The notes: a model not told the origin generated them from the sequence alone. Positions 29,377 through 39,910 are shown, counted from the stretch's first letter. The stretch: DNA of 64,000 bases from Candidatus Methanoperedenaceae archaeon (GCA_963753595.1 CAVWCX010000003.1:58755-122754); one strand, 5' to 3'. Numbers and translations are program-made.

Positions 29377-30660
29377 GTGATTTATATCAAACCGGTACTC
29401 CAGGTAGCTCTTGATGTTCTAGAGACAGAACGCGCCATCCAGATCGCTAAAGAAGCAATAGAGGGCGGAGCTGACTGGATAGAAGCAGGAACACCGTTGA
29501 TCAAAAGTGAAGGCATGGATGCTGTGAGGAAATTAAAAGCGGCGTTCCCTGACACGGTTATCCTGGCTGATATGAAAACGGTTGACACAGGAGCGATGGA
29601 AGTGGAAATGGCAGCCAAAGCCGGTGCCGATATCATTATCCTGCTCGGAAGAGCAGATGATTCCACGATACAGGACGCCATAAGATCAGCGCGCAAATAT
29701 GGTGTTAAAATAATGGCCGACCTTATCTCTGCAGGAAACCCGATAAAAAGAGCAAAAGAGCTTGCAGAACTTGGTATCGATTATATGAATATTCATGTCG
29801 GGATCGACCAGCAGATGATGGGAGAAGATCCGCTTTCGATCCTCAAGTCGCTTAAGATGAATATACCCATTGCGGTCGCAGGAGGGATTGATGCAAAGAG
29901 CGCAGCAGCAGCGGTATTATCCGGCGCAAGTATCATCATCGTTGGCGGAAATATCGTCCGGTCATCCAATGTTACAATATCGACAAGAGCGATACGTGAA
30001 AGTTTAGATATGCCGCAGTTATCAATTGCACCGAAAAAATCTATCGATGAGAAAACGATCGAACTGCTAAAACTTGTATCCACACCCAATATCTCTGATG
30101 CAATGCACAGGAAAGGCGCTATGAAAGATATCCTTTCGGTTTGCCAGGGGGCAAAAGCAGTGGGAAGAGCAGTTACAGTTCAGGTATTTCCCGGGGATTG
30201 GGCAAAATCCGTTGAGGCAATAAATGTGGCACTTCCTGGTGATGTGATCGTTATCAATAACAATAGCACTCATGTTGCCCCGTGGGGAGAACTTGCGACA
30301 TTGAGCAGCATCAATAAAGGCGTAGCAGGCGTTGTAATAGATGGGGCGGTAAGAGATGTTGATGAAATCAGGCGGCTTAATTTTCCTGTTTTTGCAACAT
30401 CAATTGTCCCGAATGCAGGCGAGCCAAAAGGTTTCGGGGAGATAAATGCCGAGATACAGTGCGGGGGGCAGACCGTAAAACCAGGGGATTTTATCGTTGG
30501 AGATGATAATGGCGTTGTCGTAATACCACGGGAACGCGCATATGAGATAGCAAGGCGCTCAGTTGAGGTTGAAAAGAACGAGCGGCGAATACGTGATGAA
30601 ATAAAAAGGGGAAAAACGCTTTCTGAAGTATTATATCTTGAGAAATGGGAAAAGAAATAG
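29377..30660 (+). CDS. 3-Hexulose-6-phosphate synthase / RraA-like fusion
   Basis: [21 protein letters not shown] (Hps) plus [22 protein letters not shown] (RraA). Confidence 0.9.
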   Translation: MIYIKPVLQVALDVLETERAIQIAKEAIEGGADWIEAGTPLIKSEGMDAVRKLKAAFPDTVILADMKTVDTGAMEVEMAAKAGADIIILLGRADDSTIQDAIRSARKYGVKIMADLISAGNPIKRAKELAELGIDYMNIHVGIDQQMMGEDPLSILKSLKMNIPIAVAGGIDAKSAAAAVLSGASIIIVGGNIVRSSNVTISTRAIRESLDMPQLSIAPKKSIDEKTIELLKLVSTPNISDAMHRKGAMKDILSVCQGAKAVGRAVTVQVFPGDWAKSVEAINVALPGDVIVINNNSTHVAPWGELATLSSINKGVAGVVIDGAVRDVDEIRRLNFPVFATSIVPNAGEPKGFGEINAEIQCGGQTVKPGDFIVGDDNGVVVIPRERAYEIARRSVEVEKNERRIRDEIKRGKTLSEVLYLEKWEKK

Positions 30661-30699
30661 AAATACAAAACATTCAATAACAAATAATTAAATGTAATA

Positions 30700-31362
30700 A
30701 TGATGACCTCTGAACTCACATTCTTTATTTCTGTTTTCTCTGCGATCTTTTCGATCGTAAACCCTGTCAGCGGTGTGATGGCATTCGTTTCCATAACATC
30801 CAACATGAAAGAAGAAGATAAGAATTATGTGGCAAAACGTTCGGCAGTTATTGGTTGTATTATTGCGATAATATTTACGATATCCGGAAATTATATTATG
30901 GAATTTTTCGGTATTACTGTGGATTCTCTTAGAGTGGCAGGTGGAATTCTACTTTTTCTTGTCGCTATTGATATGCTTTTTGCAAGAACTTCAAGAGAAA
31001 GTATTACATCCGAAGAAGTATCTGAGGCTGTGCAAAGGGAGAACATCTCTATTTTTCCAATGGCTATGCCCATGCTGACAGGACCTGGGGCCATAACTAC
31101 CATAATCCTGTATATTACAAAAGGAATTGAGGATTTCAATCTTAGCCTTGAAACTGTGAAATTGCTGGAGGTTGGAGCAATACTACTTACATTTTTCATA
31201 ACTTTCCTTATCTTTCGATTTTCAGATTATTTCAGAAAGGTCGCAGGAATGACGGGCATGCTTGTGATGACACGGCTTATGGGTCTTTTCCTTGGAGCCA
31301 TAGCAGTCGGTTTTATTGCTGATGGGATATGGAATATTTATAATCTTAAGCTAACGGGTTAA
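30700..31362 (+). CDS. MarC family membrane protein
   Basis: IVNP, VAGGILLF, PMLTGPGAIT, TRLMGLFL. Confidence 0.9.
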   Translation: MMTSELTFFISVFSAIFSIVNPVSGVMAFVSITSNMKEEDKNYVAKRSAVIGCIIAIIFTISGNYIMEFFGITVDSLRVAGGILLFLVAIDMLFARTSRESITSEEVSEAVQRENISIFPMAMPMLTGPGAITTIILYITKGIEDFNLSLETVKLLEVGAILLTFFITFLIFRFSDYFRKVAGMTGMLVMTRLMGLFLGAIAVGFIADGIWNIYNLKLTG

Positions 31363-31369
31363 AGGCTAA

Positions 31370-32863
31370 ATGAAAAAAAATGTCCTGGTAGTTACCGGAA
31401 AGCTTGCAGCCAATACAGTAAAAGCCTCTGTTAATGGCGGGGCTGATGTTCTTGTTCTTGATATCGAGGTCGCGGCATTTACAACCCCGGCTTTGCTGAG
31501 GCGTTCTCTTCCTCCAAAAAAATTCGACCTGATACTTATTCCCGGCCTGGCATCTGGGGATTTTCAAGGACTTGAAAAAGAACTTGGCATTCCGGTAAGA
31601 CTTGGACCAAAGCATGCAGTGGACCTTGGTTTTGTTCTCTCTTTTTCAGAAGGGGTAAATTTTTCATCCAGGATACCGGCATGCGAGCTATTGATCGAGA
31701 AAAAGCGTTCCAATGCATTCCAGAAGGTCTCTCTACTGGAGCAACTTGCAGATTCACCTTTATCTTTACGATCAGTGAAGATCGGGGGAAATTCCCGCAT
31801 GAAGGTGATGGCTGAAATCGTAGGAGCCGGCTCGATGAGCAGGAAGGAGCTTACGGATAAAATTATTTATTTTGTAGAAAGCGGGGCGGATATTATTGAT
31901 CTCGGGATTTCATTGGATACATCAATAGGAAAGGTCAGGACTGCTGTTGAAACTGCAAGATCCGTAACTGATATTCCCCTGAGCATTGATACGCTTGATC
32001 CTGATTTAATAAATGAGGCAATTGATGCGGGAATAGATATTGTTTTGAGCCTTAATTCAAAAAATATCGATAAAGTAAAAGATAAAATAATCCGGCATCA
32101 CACGGCTTCGGTTGTAATTCCTGACCAGACAGGTGATATTGAAAGTCTTTTCCAGAACATAAGATCAGCCCGTGATTCCGGGATAAGGAATATCATCGCT
32201 GACCCAGTGCTTGAACCTGCAGGTCATGGTCTTACACAGTCGATCAACAGGTATTATGAATTCAGGAAACGCGACGCAACTACACCCTTATTTTTCGGTG
32301 TGGGTAACGTGACTGAGCTTGTTGATGCAGATTCTATCGGGATCCATGCAATTCTTACAAGCATTGCAATGGAGCTTGATGCAAACATCTTATTTACACC
32401 GGAATTCAGCCATAAGGCCCATGACAGTGTCAACGAATTAAAGACCGCATCAATTATGATGATGCTTTCCAGGGACAGGAAAAGCGCGCCAAAAGACCTT
32501 GGCGTTGATATGCTGGCCATTAAGGAAAAACGCAGGCGTGAATTCGGGGTGATGCCGGAATCCAGTATTGAAGCAAAAGGCAGTGCAAAATGGCATCTTG
32601 ACCCGGCTGGATGTTTTAAGATCGAATTGACAGATGACCAGATCCTCAAAGGTAAGGTGATCCCTGGAAAAATAATTGTTCGAAATATTATTGATAAAAA
32701 TGATCCAATAGCAGGGTCGACCGCGAAAGATATACTTGATACTATTATCGAACGCGGGTCTATTTCGCGTCTTGACCATGCTGCTTATCTGGGGAGAGAA
32801 CTTATGAAAGCTGAAATTGCATTGAAATTCAAGAGGAGCTATTCCCAGGATGACAAATTTTGA
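31370..32863 (+). CDS. Dihydropteroate synthase-like protein with C-terminal DUF4346-type domain
   Basis: VTGKLA, GADIIDLG, SIDT, GNVTEL-DADS, LDHAAYLGREL. Confidence 0.85.
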   Translation: MKKNVLVVTGKLAANTVKASVNGGADVLVLDIEVAAFTTPALLRRSLPPKKFDLILIPGLASGDFQGLEKELGIPVRLGPKHAVDLGFVLSFSEGVNFSSRIPACELLIEKKRSNAFQKVSLLEQLADSPLSLRSVKIGGNSRMKVMAEIVGAGSMSRKELTDKIIYFVESGADIIDLGISLDTSIGKVRTAVETARSVTDIPLSIDTLDPDLINEAIDAGIDIVLSLNSKNIDKVKDKIIRHHTASVVIPDQTGDIESLFQNIRSARDSGIRNIIADPVLEPAGHGLTQSINRYYEFRKRDATTPLFFGVGNVTELVDADSIGIHAILTSIAMELDANILFTPEFSHKAHDSVNELKTASIMMMLSRDRKSAPKDLGVDMLAIKEKRRREFGVMPESSIEAKGSAKWHLDPAGCFKIELTDDQILKGKVIPGKIIVRNIIDKNDPIAGSTAKDILDTIIERGSISRLDHAAYLGRELMKAEIALKFKRSYSQDDKF

Positions 32864-33992
32864 TATTATAAAACAATTATCCGATGACACTGACATTAAA
32901 GAAATTCTGGACCGTGCACTGAATAACGGCACATTTGATAAAAATGATAATATAAATGATGGTATCGATCCACTTGATCTGGATGATGGGAAAAAACTGC
33001 TTGAATGTAATGATCTTAATCTCCTGGGAGCAGCCGCAGATACTTTACGAAAAAGAAGCGCCGGGGATCTTGTCACTTTTGTCATTGACCGTAATATAAA
33101 TTATACGAATATCTGTACATCCAAATGCAAATTCTGCGCTTTTTACCGTGAACCCGATGCAAAGGACGCTTATGTGCTAAGCATTGAGAAGATACTTGAA
33201 AAAGTTGACGAAGCTGTCAGGCTGGGAGCGACCCAGATACTCATACAGGGGGGATTGAACCCTGATATTCCCATTGAATATTATGAAAAAATGCTAAAAG
33301 AAGTTAAGAAAAAGTTCCATGTCCAGATGCATGCGTTCTCGCCTCCTGAGATCGTGCATATCTCAAAATTATATGGCGCCGGTATAAAAGAAACGATCTC
33401 ACGCCTGCATGAAGCGGGTCTTGATTCAATACCGGGGGGTGGAGCAGAGATCCTTGATGACAGGGTGAGGGATTCAGTCTCGCCTGAAAAGATCGGGTGG
33501 AAGAAATGGCAGGAAGTAATGCTGGCAGCGCACTCTCTGGGTATGCCCACAACTGCAACAATGGTCTTCGGGCATGAGGAAACCACAGAAGAAAGGATAA
33601 AACACATAATCAGGGTGCGCGATATGCAAAAACATTATCATGGTTTTACTGCATTTATACCGTGGACATTCCAATCTGAGAATACAGAATTGCCCGGGAC
33701 TTCAACAGGGATAGATTACCTCAAAATGGTTGCTGTATCAAGAATTCTTCTTGATGGTCATATTAAGAACATCCAGGCTTCATGGGTGACACAGGGAATA
33801 GAAGTTGCGCAAATAGCATTGGACTTTGGTGCAAATGATCTTGGGGGAACAATGATCGAGGAAAATGTTGTCCGTGCGGCAGGTGTGCCGTTCCACAGTA
33901 AGAGCATTGACGAATTTATTCATGCTGCAAGGAAATTGGGACGTCCTGTGGCCAAAAGAGATACATTGTATAATATCATTGAACGATTTTAG
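32850..33992 (+). CDS. mqnC: Cyclic dehypoxanthine futalosine synthase (radical SAM, CofH/MqnC family)
   Basis: NINYTNICTSKCKFCAF, PGGGAEIL, FTAFIPWTFQ, QASWVTQG, TMIEENVV. Confidence 0.8.
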   Translation: MTNFDIIKQLSDDTDIKEILDRALNNGTFDKNDNINDGIDPLDLDDGKKLLECNDLNLLGAAADTLRKRSAGDLVTFVIDRNINYTNICTSKCKFCAFYREPDAKDAYVLSIEKILEKVDEAVRLGATQILIQGGLNPDIPIEYYEKMLKEVKKKFHVQMHAFSPPEIVHISKLYGAGIKETISRLHEAGLDSIPGGGAEILDDRVRDSVSPEKIGWKKWQEVMLAAHSLGMPTTATMVFGHEETTEERIKHIIRVRDMQKHYHGFTAFIPWTFQSENTELPGTSTGIDYLKMVAVSRILLDGHIKNIQASWVTQGIEVAQIALDFGANDLGGTMIEENVVRAAGVPFHSKSIDEFIHAARKLGRPVAKRDTLYNIIERF

Positions 33993-34311
33993 ACAATTTA
34001 TTCTTTTTTATGACCAATAAGCTTTATTACTATGTCAAAACAACTGATACACGAGGTTGGGGTTAACGGCAAAAAGACCTATCCTATCCTATCCAAAATT
34101 TGAATTTTTACCCAACCTCTAAGGCCTGAAATAGCATTTATTTTTAAACAATTAAAGATAATTTCAGAAACGTATCACAATATATATAACTAAGAATGTA
34201 ATTATTATATATAAAGAAATAAAGGGAAAAAAGGTTAGCAAAAATAATGTTTGGCGGGTAAGGTTCTAAGATACAATAGTTGATGATCTTAGAACATTAA
34301 GGACTAATCAT

Positions 34312-34443
34312 ATGCTGGAAACTCCTGAAGAACGAGTGAAATTACTAAAAGCAGGCATTACTGGTAAAAAAATTGAAGAGCTTTATATTTCAGGGAATAA
34401 AATCAGAATCCTGAATCATCCGGTTCTTTTTGAGGTCGAATGA
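34312..34443 (+). CDS. Small hypothetical protein (43 aa), not in the ORF track
   Basis: MLETPEERVKLLKAGITGKKIEELYISGNKIRILNHPVLFEVE; AAGGA upstream and a TATA-like tract at about 34205. Confidence 0.5.
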   Translation: MLETPEERVKLLKAGITGKKIEELYISGNKIRILNHPVLFEVE

Positions 34444-35380
34444 TAATGGAATATATCCTATTGGCGATATCCTCCACGAGGTCCCTATTTTCAAGGCCAT
34501 TGATCCATTTTTTCGAAAAACACTCAATACCGTGAAGTGCTCCGCACAACGCACCTGTTATACAGCCGATAGAATCAGTATCACCGCCGGCGTTCACGGC
34601 TTCGATGATACCCATTTCAGGGTCATCAAAATATCTGGAAAAACAATAAAAAGAGCAAGGGACAGTATCGTACACGTAATAAGATGTTCCAAGTCTGGAA
34701 AAAACCACATCTGGCAATTCACTTCGCAATTCGTAAGCCAGCTCAATCTTCTTTGCAAGGCCAATGTCATGGATCGATGCTCTTTCGCAGGTTATCCTCA
34801 ATATTTCCGAAAGATCACATCCATCAAGCGCACATCGGACGGCTGCCGCGACTGCCACTGCGCCTGCGATCGCCCCTTTACTTTTATGTGTTGGGATCGA
34901 GGAAAGGGCTGCATTAGATTCCACCTTTTCCAGGCGATCATAAAAAAGTCCGATAGGTGCAACCCTCATAGCAGAACCACATGATGGGATATCACTCCCC
35001 GATTCTTTCCAGCCAATACCGGAATTTAATTTCTCAATAGCAGAAGAACTTGAAGGACCAAGAAATGAACATCTTGCAGGATCATTTCGGACGTCTGTTC
35101 CCCATTTTGCGATCCTGCTGGCAAAATCCGCTGCATCAAATCCATTACAGGCGATCAAAGATCTGGCAAGGACAAGCATTTGTTCAGTATCATCCGTATA
35201 TTGTCCTGCCCTTAATTTCTCCCCCAGGCTTCCGATCGGCGCCCTCCCATGGTCCTTTATGTACCCCATTTTGAGAATTTCTTCTCTTCGTACCCCTTCA
35301 TTTTGTTTGCCCAAGGCATCACCTATTGCAGCCCCAAGCATACAGCCAGTGTATTTGTTTTTTAATTCATCAGATCCCAT
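34403..35380 (-). CDS. ADP-ribosylglycohydrolase family protein
   Basis: GAAIGDALG, YTDDTE, GSAMRVAP, GGDTDSIG. Confidence 0.92.
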   Translation of the reverse strand: MGSDELKNKYTGCMLGAAIGDALGKQNEGVRREEILKMGYIKDHGRAPIGSLGEKLRAGQYTDDTEQMLVLARSLIACNGFDAADFASRIAKWGTDVRNDPARCSFLGPSSSSAIEKLNSGIGWKESGSDIPSCGSAMRVAPIGLFYDRLEKVESNAALSSIPTHKSKGAIAGAVAVAAAVRCALDGCDLSEILRITCERASIHDIGLAKKIELAYELRSELPDVVFSRLGTSYYVYDTVPCSFYCFSRYFDDPEMGIIEAVNAGGDTDSIGCITGALCGALHGIECFSKKWINGLENRDLVEDIANRIYSIIIRPQKEPDDSGF

Positions 35381-35398
35381 TTGAAAATTTGGATTTTC

Positions 35399-36379
35399 CT
35401 AAGCCGCTGGAGACCACTTCTCCAGGAAATTATTTGCTTCCTTATCTCCGTAAGCCATCATCATTTTTATGAATGCGGGACTGCGATCAAGTTTTGATGC
35501 CGTATCAAGATCTTCTTTCAACATTTTTATCTTTTGCACCTTGACAGGCTTGTATTTTTCAGGCGGCAGGTATTTTGTCCATTTATTGACTTTCTCTATA
35601 AAATCAATTTCCTGTTTAAGTGAGATATTTCCCGCAAGCTCATTTCTCCTGTCCAGGATATCTTTCATTAACTTTGGCAATTTTGTTCTTTCTTCCGGAT
35701 TTATCTGTATCACCCATATCTCATCAGGCTTTTCTTTTGCATGATGTCCCTTTATGAATTCCTTGATAGGCGGGTTCTGCGAGAACAGGCCGTCCCAGTA
35801 AATCCTGTCTTTAACACTGACAGCTTTCAGGAAAGTCGGGAGTGCTGCTGATGCAAGGACTGCTTCAACACTGATCTCGTTTTTCTTGCCATTGCTCTTG
35901 AATACCTTGAATCCTCCGGATAGCACATCAACAGCGCCAATTAATAAATTCGGGCTTGAATGCTTTAAATTCTGGATTTCTTCAAATTTCACATGTTTTT
36001 TCAAAAGATTTCTCAATATGCCCTGCGCAAAAGGAGGATATGAATAAGGACTCACCTCAGGAATGCTGACTATCCCCTGCATCCTGTTTATCCCGACGAA
36101 CCAGTTGTTTACCATCATATCCCAGATAGAACTTGCAGAATTATCTTCCCAGAAATCATCAAGCAGGCTGATAGCTTTCTCTTTATCTTTCATTAAAAGC
36201 CCATACCATGCAAGCAGAGCACAAATTGCGCCGCCTGAAGTGCCGCTTAATGCTGTTATCTCAAATTTCTTCTCCTTTTCCCGGAGAAGTCTTTTTAACA
36301 CGCCTGCCGTGAAAGCAGTATGGCTTCCGCCGCCCTGGCATGCAATAGCGATTTTTGTGATGTGATTATCTTTGTCCAA
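35399..36379 (-). CDS. Patatin-like hydrolase, TTG start
   Basis: ACQGGGSHTAF oxyanion motif, GTSGG nucleophile, YWDG. Confidence 0.9.
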   Translation of the reverse strand: MDKDNHITKIAIACQGGGSHTAFTAGVLKRLLREKEKKFEITALSGTSGGAICALLAWYGLLMKDKEKAISLLDDFWEDNSASSIWDMMVNNWFVGINRMQGIVSIPEVSPYSYPPFAQGILRNLLKKHVKFEEIQNLKHSSPNLLIGAVDVLSGGFKVFKSNGKKNEISVEAVLASAALPTFLKAVSVKDRIYWDGLFSQNPPIKEFIKGHHAKEKPDEIWVIQINPEERTKLPKLMKDILDRRNELAGNISLKQEIDFIEKVNKWTKYLPPEKYKPVKVQKIKMLKEDLDTASKLDRSPAFIKMMMAYGDKEANNFLEKWSPAA

Positions 36380-36524
36380 GATTGATTTAACCCCCTATAT
36401 TTATTAATATGTAATTCCTGCTTATAATATATTTTGGTATCGTGACGGCTAAGTCGTTGCCAAAAACCCAAAAAGTGTTGGTCAAATTTGGGACATAAGA
36501 TAGATTTTTTATGCCAGGATATAT

Positions 36525-37097
36525 TCATTTTCTCAACTTTAACCAATAATTCTTTCGTTGCGCAATCTCGTCCAATACTGAATGAAGAACCTTAGATTTA
36601 CCTTTAATTTCTAATCCGTTAGAATCCTTCCTTGCTTTAGTCAATGCAGCTTTCAATTCTTCACTCTCTAAAACTGTTGCTGCAATACAATAATAACTTT
36701 TTGAACGCCCTTCATTAAATTCCCGCAACATCTCTTTTAACAAGTATTCTCTAATTTTCTGCGTCTTTTCAAACTCATCTACCCCATTCTTTTGGATAAA
36801 TGCAATATCTTCTTCAAGTTTTTGATAACATTTGAATGAATCGACTTTTTTCCCGGCTTCTCTATGCTTCTTCCATTTTTCACATGTTTCGTTTTCTTCA
36901 CAATGCCAGCAAAATTCAATTCCTTTTTTCTTCAAGGCACAAGTGATAAAAGGGCAACCAACACATATTCTCGATTCGGTTTTACATCCACCACACTTGC
37001 TTGCACCTTCAGCATGGTAATGAGGGCAAAGCCTGCAAGAAAGTCCACAAATACCAATTTCAGGGTATTTAATTTTCATTGTTACCCAATTTACCAT
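36525..37097 (-). CDS. DUF3795-type Cys-rich protein
   Basis: CGLSCRLC...CGGC...C-FITC...CWHC...C. Confidence 0.8.
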   Translation of the reverse strand: MVNWVTMKIKYPEIGICGLSCRLCPHYHAEGASKCGGCKTESRICVGCPFITCALKKKGIEFCWHCEENETCEKWKKHREAGKKVDSFKCYQKLEEDIAFIQKNGVDEFEKTQKIREYLLKEMLREFNEGRSKSYYCIAATVLESEELKAALTKARKDSNGLEIKGKSKVLHSVLDEIAQRKNYWLKLRK

Positions 37098-37175
37098 ATT
37101 ATCACCCAATAATAATCTCATTGTTTCAAGGGCAGGTTCGGAATTTCTTATAACGTCTTATGGATGCGCGAGAAA

Positions 37176-37577
37176 CTATTTGATAAACTTCCCTCCGATT
37201 AATGCACCAATCACTGCCAGAACTGCTCCAAGCATGACATTGATTAAAGCTATGATCAGTAAATTAATAAGTAAATCCAGTTGCGATGCAAAATTAATTC
37301 CGAGCACGGGTTTATGCACCATCATTCCGATAAAGGTAGCAAGACTTACTGGAATAACGGAGGCAAGCGTTACAATGCCGCCTTTTATTGCAGCTTCTTT
37401 GAAGCCAGGCCCAGAAAATATCCAACCAGTATATCCAATAATTGCTATTCGGGCAAGTAGAAACAAAGTATTGACCAGAGAATTGACGGATAAAGGCGGT
37501 AAAATCCCAAGAAGGATTAATCCTGCCTGTAAACCTGCTAATGCGATCATGAGGGCAATGATGCGACTTTCTTTCAT
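37176..37577 (-). CDS. 4-TM hypothetical membrane protein
   Basis: Four hydrophobic helices, GGAGG SD. Confidence 0.7.
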   Translation of the reverse strand: MKESRIIALMIALAGLQAGLILLGILPPLSVNSLVNTLFLLARIAIIGYTGWIFSGPGFKEAAIKGGIVTLASVIPVSLATFIGMMVHKPVLGINFASQLDLLINLLIIALINVMLGAVLAVIGALIGGKFIK

Positions 37578-37728
37578 AATCCTCCATATGATTTTTCAGG
37601 ATAATATATATTTTCATTGGATAAATAAGTTTGATGGAAAAGAAGAGTTATCAAACAAGTAAATTTTACATGGCTTATTTGATTAGATACCTTTAATAGC
37701 AATCGGAGGAATTATTAGCGACCCACAA

Positions 37729-37944
37729 GGGGCTGTGGCCTAGTCCGGCATGGCGACGGGCTCCAGCGGAAAACCGGAGAAATCCGGAAGTGATGATGAG
37801 CAACTGGTCTCCCGAGTGAACCGGACGCGGTAAACAATGAGGAACCGTTGGAGCACTGAACGTGCTGCTCAAAGATTAAATTGCCAAAAACCTGGCATTT
37901 TCGGAGAGACCCGTCGATCGTGAGTTCAAATCTCACCAGCCCCA
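37729..37944 (+). tRNA. tRNA-Trp(CCA) with a 142-nt intron (37767-37908)
   Basis: GGGGCTG/CAGCCCC acceptor stem, ACGGG-CTCCAG...A-CCCGT anticodon arm, bulge-helix-bulge CTCC/GGAG. Confidence 0.95.
37767..37908 (+). ncRNA. Intron-encoded box C/D guide RNA targeting C34 and C39 of pre-tRNA-Trp
   Basis: C box ATGATGA, D' CCGA, C' ATGAGGA, D CTGA. Guides CCGTTGGAGC and GGTCTC pair with the splice junctions, and the N+5 rule gives C34 and C39. Confidence 0.85.
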
Positions 37945-38359
37945 CATTATATTAAAATAATAGTTTGGACTTTGCCTGGAACAAAGGAAATATCAATATT
38001 ATTATGTTAAAAAAAGACCTAATATGCTTCAAAGCTGAGACTACAAACATGTCGTATCTTAAGAAGCTTAGACAGGTTTACTCAGTTATATTATAACATA
38101 ATCTTCTTCGTATCGGGCGGCCCATGATATTTCAAGAACCTCCCAATCGATTTCAGTTTTACCATTTATTTTTTCTGACATTTTTTTTTGGGTCCAATAT
38201 TAAACATTATCTTTTTTTATACATTTTCTTATAATTTAATAATGTATCGATTGTTTTTCAAATTTTTTGGATTTTTAAGTTTTATTGAAGTTTATAATAG
38301 TTTACTATTGTACACTGATCGATTAATAATTAAACACTCATTTCATTGATTCTTTTATC

Positions 38360-39788
38360 TCATATACGTTCCAGCCTCTTTACTATTCCCTCATAAAACC
38401 CGCACCATTCCTCAAAACCACACCCTGAGTTCATTGGCATCCCTGCCCTGAAATCCCTGGTAATATCAAAATACTCCTGTGAAAACCACGGCGCTTTGAA
38501 ATCAAACTGGTCAAAGTCGCCCCAATCTTCAAGAGTGTTAAGGGGCTTTAATCCGTTCTTAACTGAGGCATCGTATAGTTTAGTATGCGGATATGGCGTA
38601 AAAAACGATAACAAGATGTCCATGTGTTTAAGTTTCCCCATTTTTCCGTATGCACAAATGATATTATTGATCTCCTCAAATGTCCTTGTTACTTCTTCTT
38701 TTGCATCCACACCCGGAATTCCTACCATGAACGAGCCGCGAATATCAATATCATGTTCTATGCATTTATCAATGCACATTTTTATCTGCCTGGTGTTCGC
38801 TCCCTTATTCATCACATCAAGCGCTTCCTGGAGGCCGCTTTCAAAACCAAAGAATATTTCATGGATGCCGGCTTTTCGCAAAAGCCCCCAGACCTCATCA
38901 TCCATTCGCGATAGCTGCTCCATTCTGCCATTGACGCTTGTGAGGCGTATTCCCGGGTTTTTTTCGATCAGGAGCCTGCAAATCTCCTTCACTCGTTTCA
39001 CATTGATGAAAAAATCACTGTCCTGGATCATGAATGTATCGATATTATAGTTCTTTGCAAGGTATTCAAGTTCCAAAACCACTGTTTCCGGAGAAAGTCC
39101 TGACCAGCGCCTGCCGCAAAACAAGGGCTCTGAACAGAAATCGCATCCTGCCGCACAGCCAATGCTTGAATAATAATCGATGCACCGATTTGCGAATTTA
39201 TATCCTTTGACGTGCCGCTCGACATCGATCATGTCATATGGAATGGGCGGAAAAGAATCAAGGGGCTTGAATTCCTGCCTCTCGTTTTCAATTATTTTTC
39301 CACCTTCTTTATAAGAAACACCCTTAATTCCTTTAAGGGATTCGTTTTTCATGAGCTTTTCTACGACTTCTTTAAAAGGGGTCTCTCCCTGCCCCCTGAT
39401 AACAATGTCGATATAAGGATTATTTAGTGTTTGCAGGGGTTCGGTAGATGGGTGATATCCTCCCCAGATGACCGGAAGATTCTGGATAAAGTTCCTTGAC
39501 AGCTTTGCAGACATCGATACCATCACTGATCTGGTAGCAGGTCATGCTGCTGACTGCAAGGCACAGGGCGTTCTTGCTGGCTGTGATGATATTTTGTTTA
39601 TAATCGTTATCTACTACGGCATTAACTATCTTAACGTCAAATTCATCACGGACCATTCTACCCAGGGCAAGAAGCGATAGCGGAACATTGACAAGTGGTA
39701 CCTGCAGGGACGTTGTCATTTTATTGGGGATGGCAACAGGATGTTCCACCGGCATCGGGTTAAATAAAATTATCGTGTTTTTTTCCAT
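38360..39788 (-). pseudogene. B12-binding radical SAM protein, frameshifted at about 39482
   Basis: The N-part (PLSLLAL...AVKELYP) joins NLPVIWGGYHPS...GCAAGCDFC if one base is removed. Confidence 0.82.
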
Positions 39789-39888
39789 TTTTACACACTT
39801 GCATTTGATACTTTAGTATCACATAAATAATTATTTGAAATGACGACATTTGACTTAGTAATATCTGAAATTTCGAAGGTATGAAATT

Positions 39889-39910
39889 TTCCAGTGGAAA
39901 TAAAGGGGGT
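39889..39910 (+). other. Origin recognition box (ORB)-like motif TTCCAGTGGAAATAAAGGGGGT
   Basis: Dyad TTCCAGTGGAA plus G-string, like the euryarchaeal ORB consensus. Single copy. Confidence 0.45.

Noticed and set aside
37715-37945. 76-aa minus-strand ORF
   Set aside because: Antisense to tRNA-Trp and its intron.
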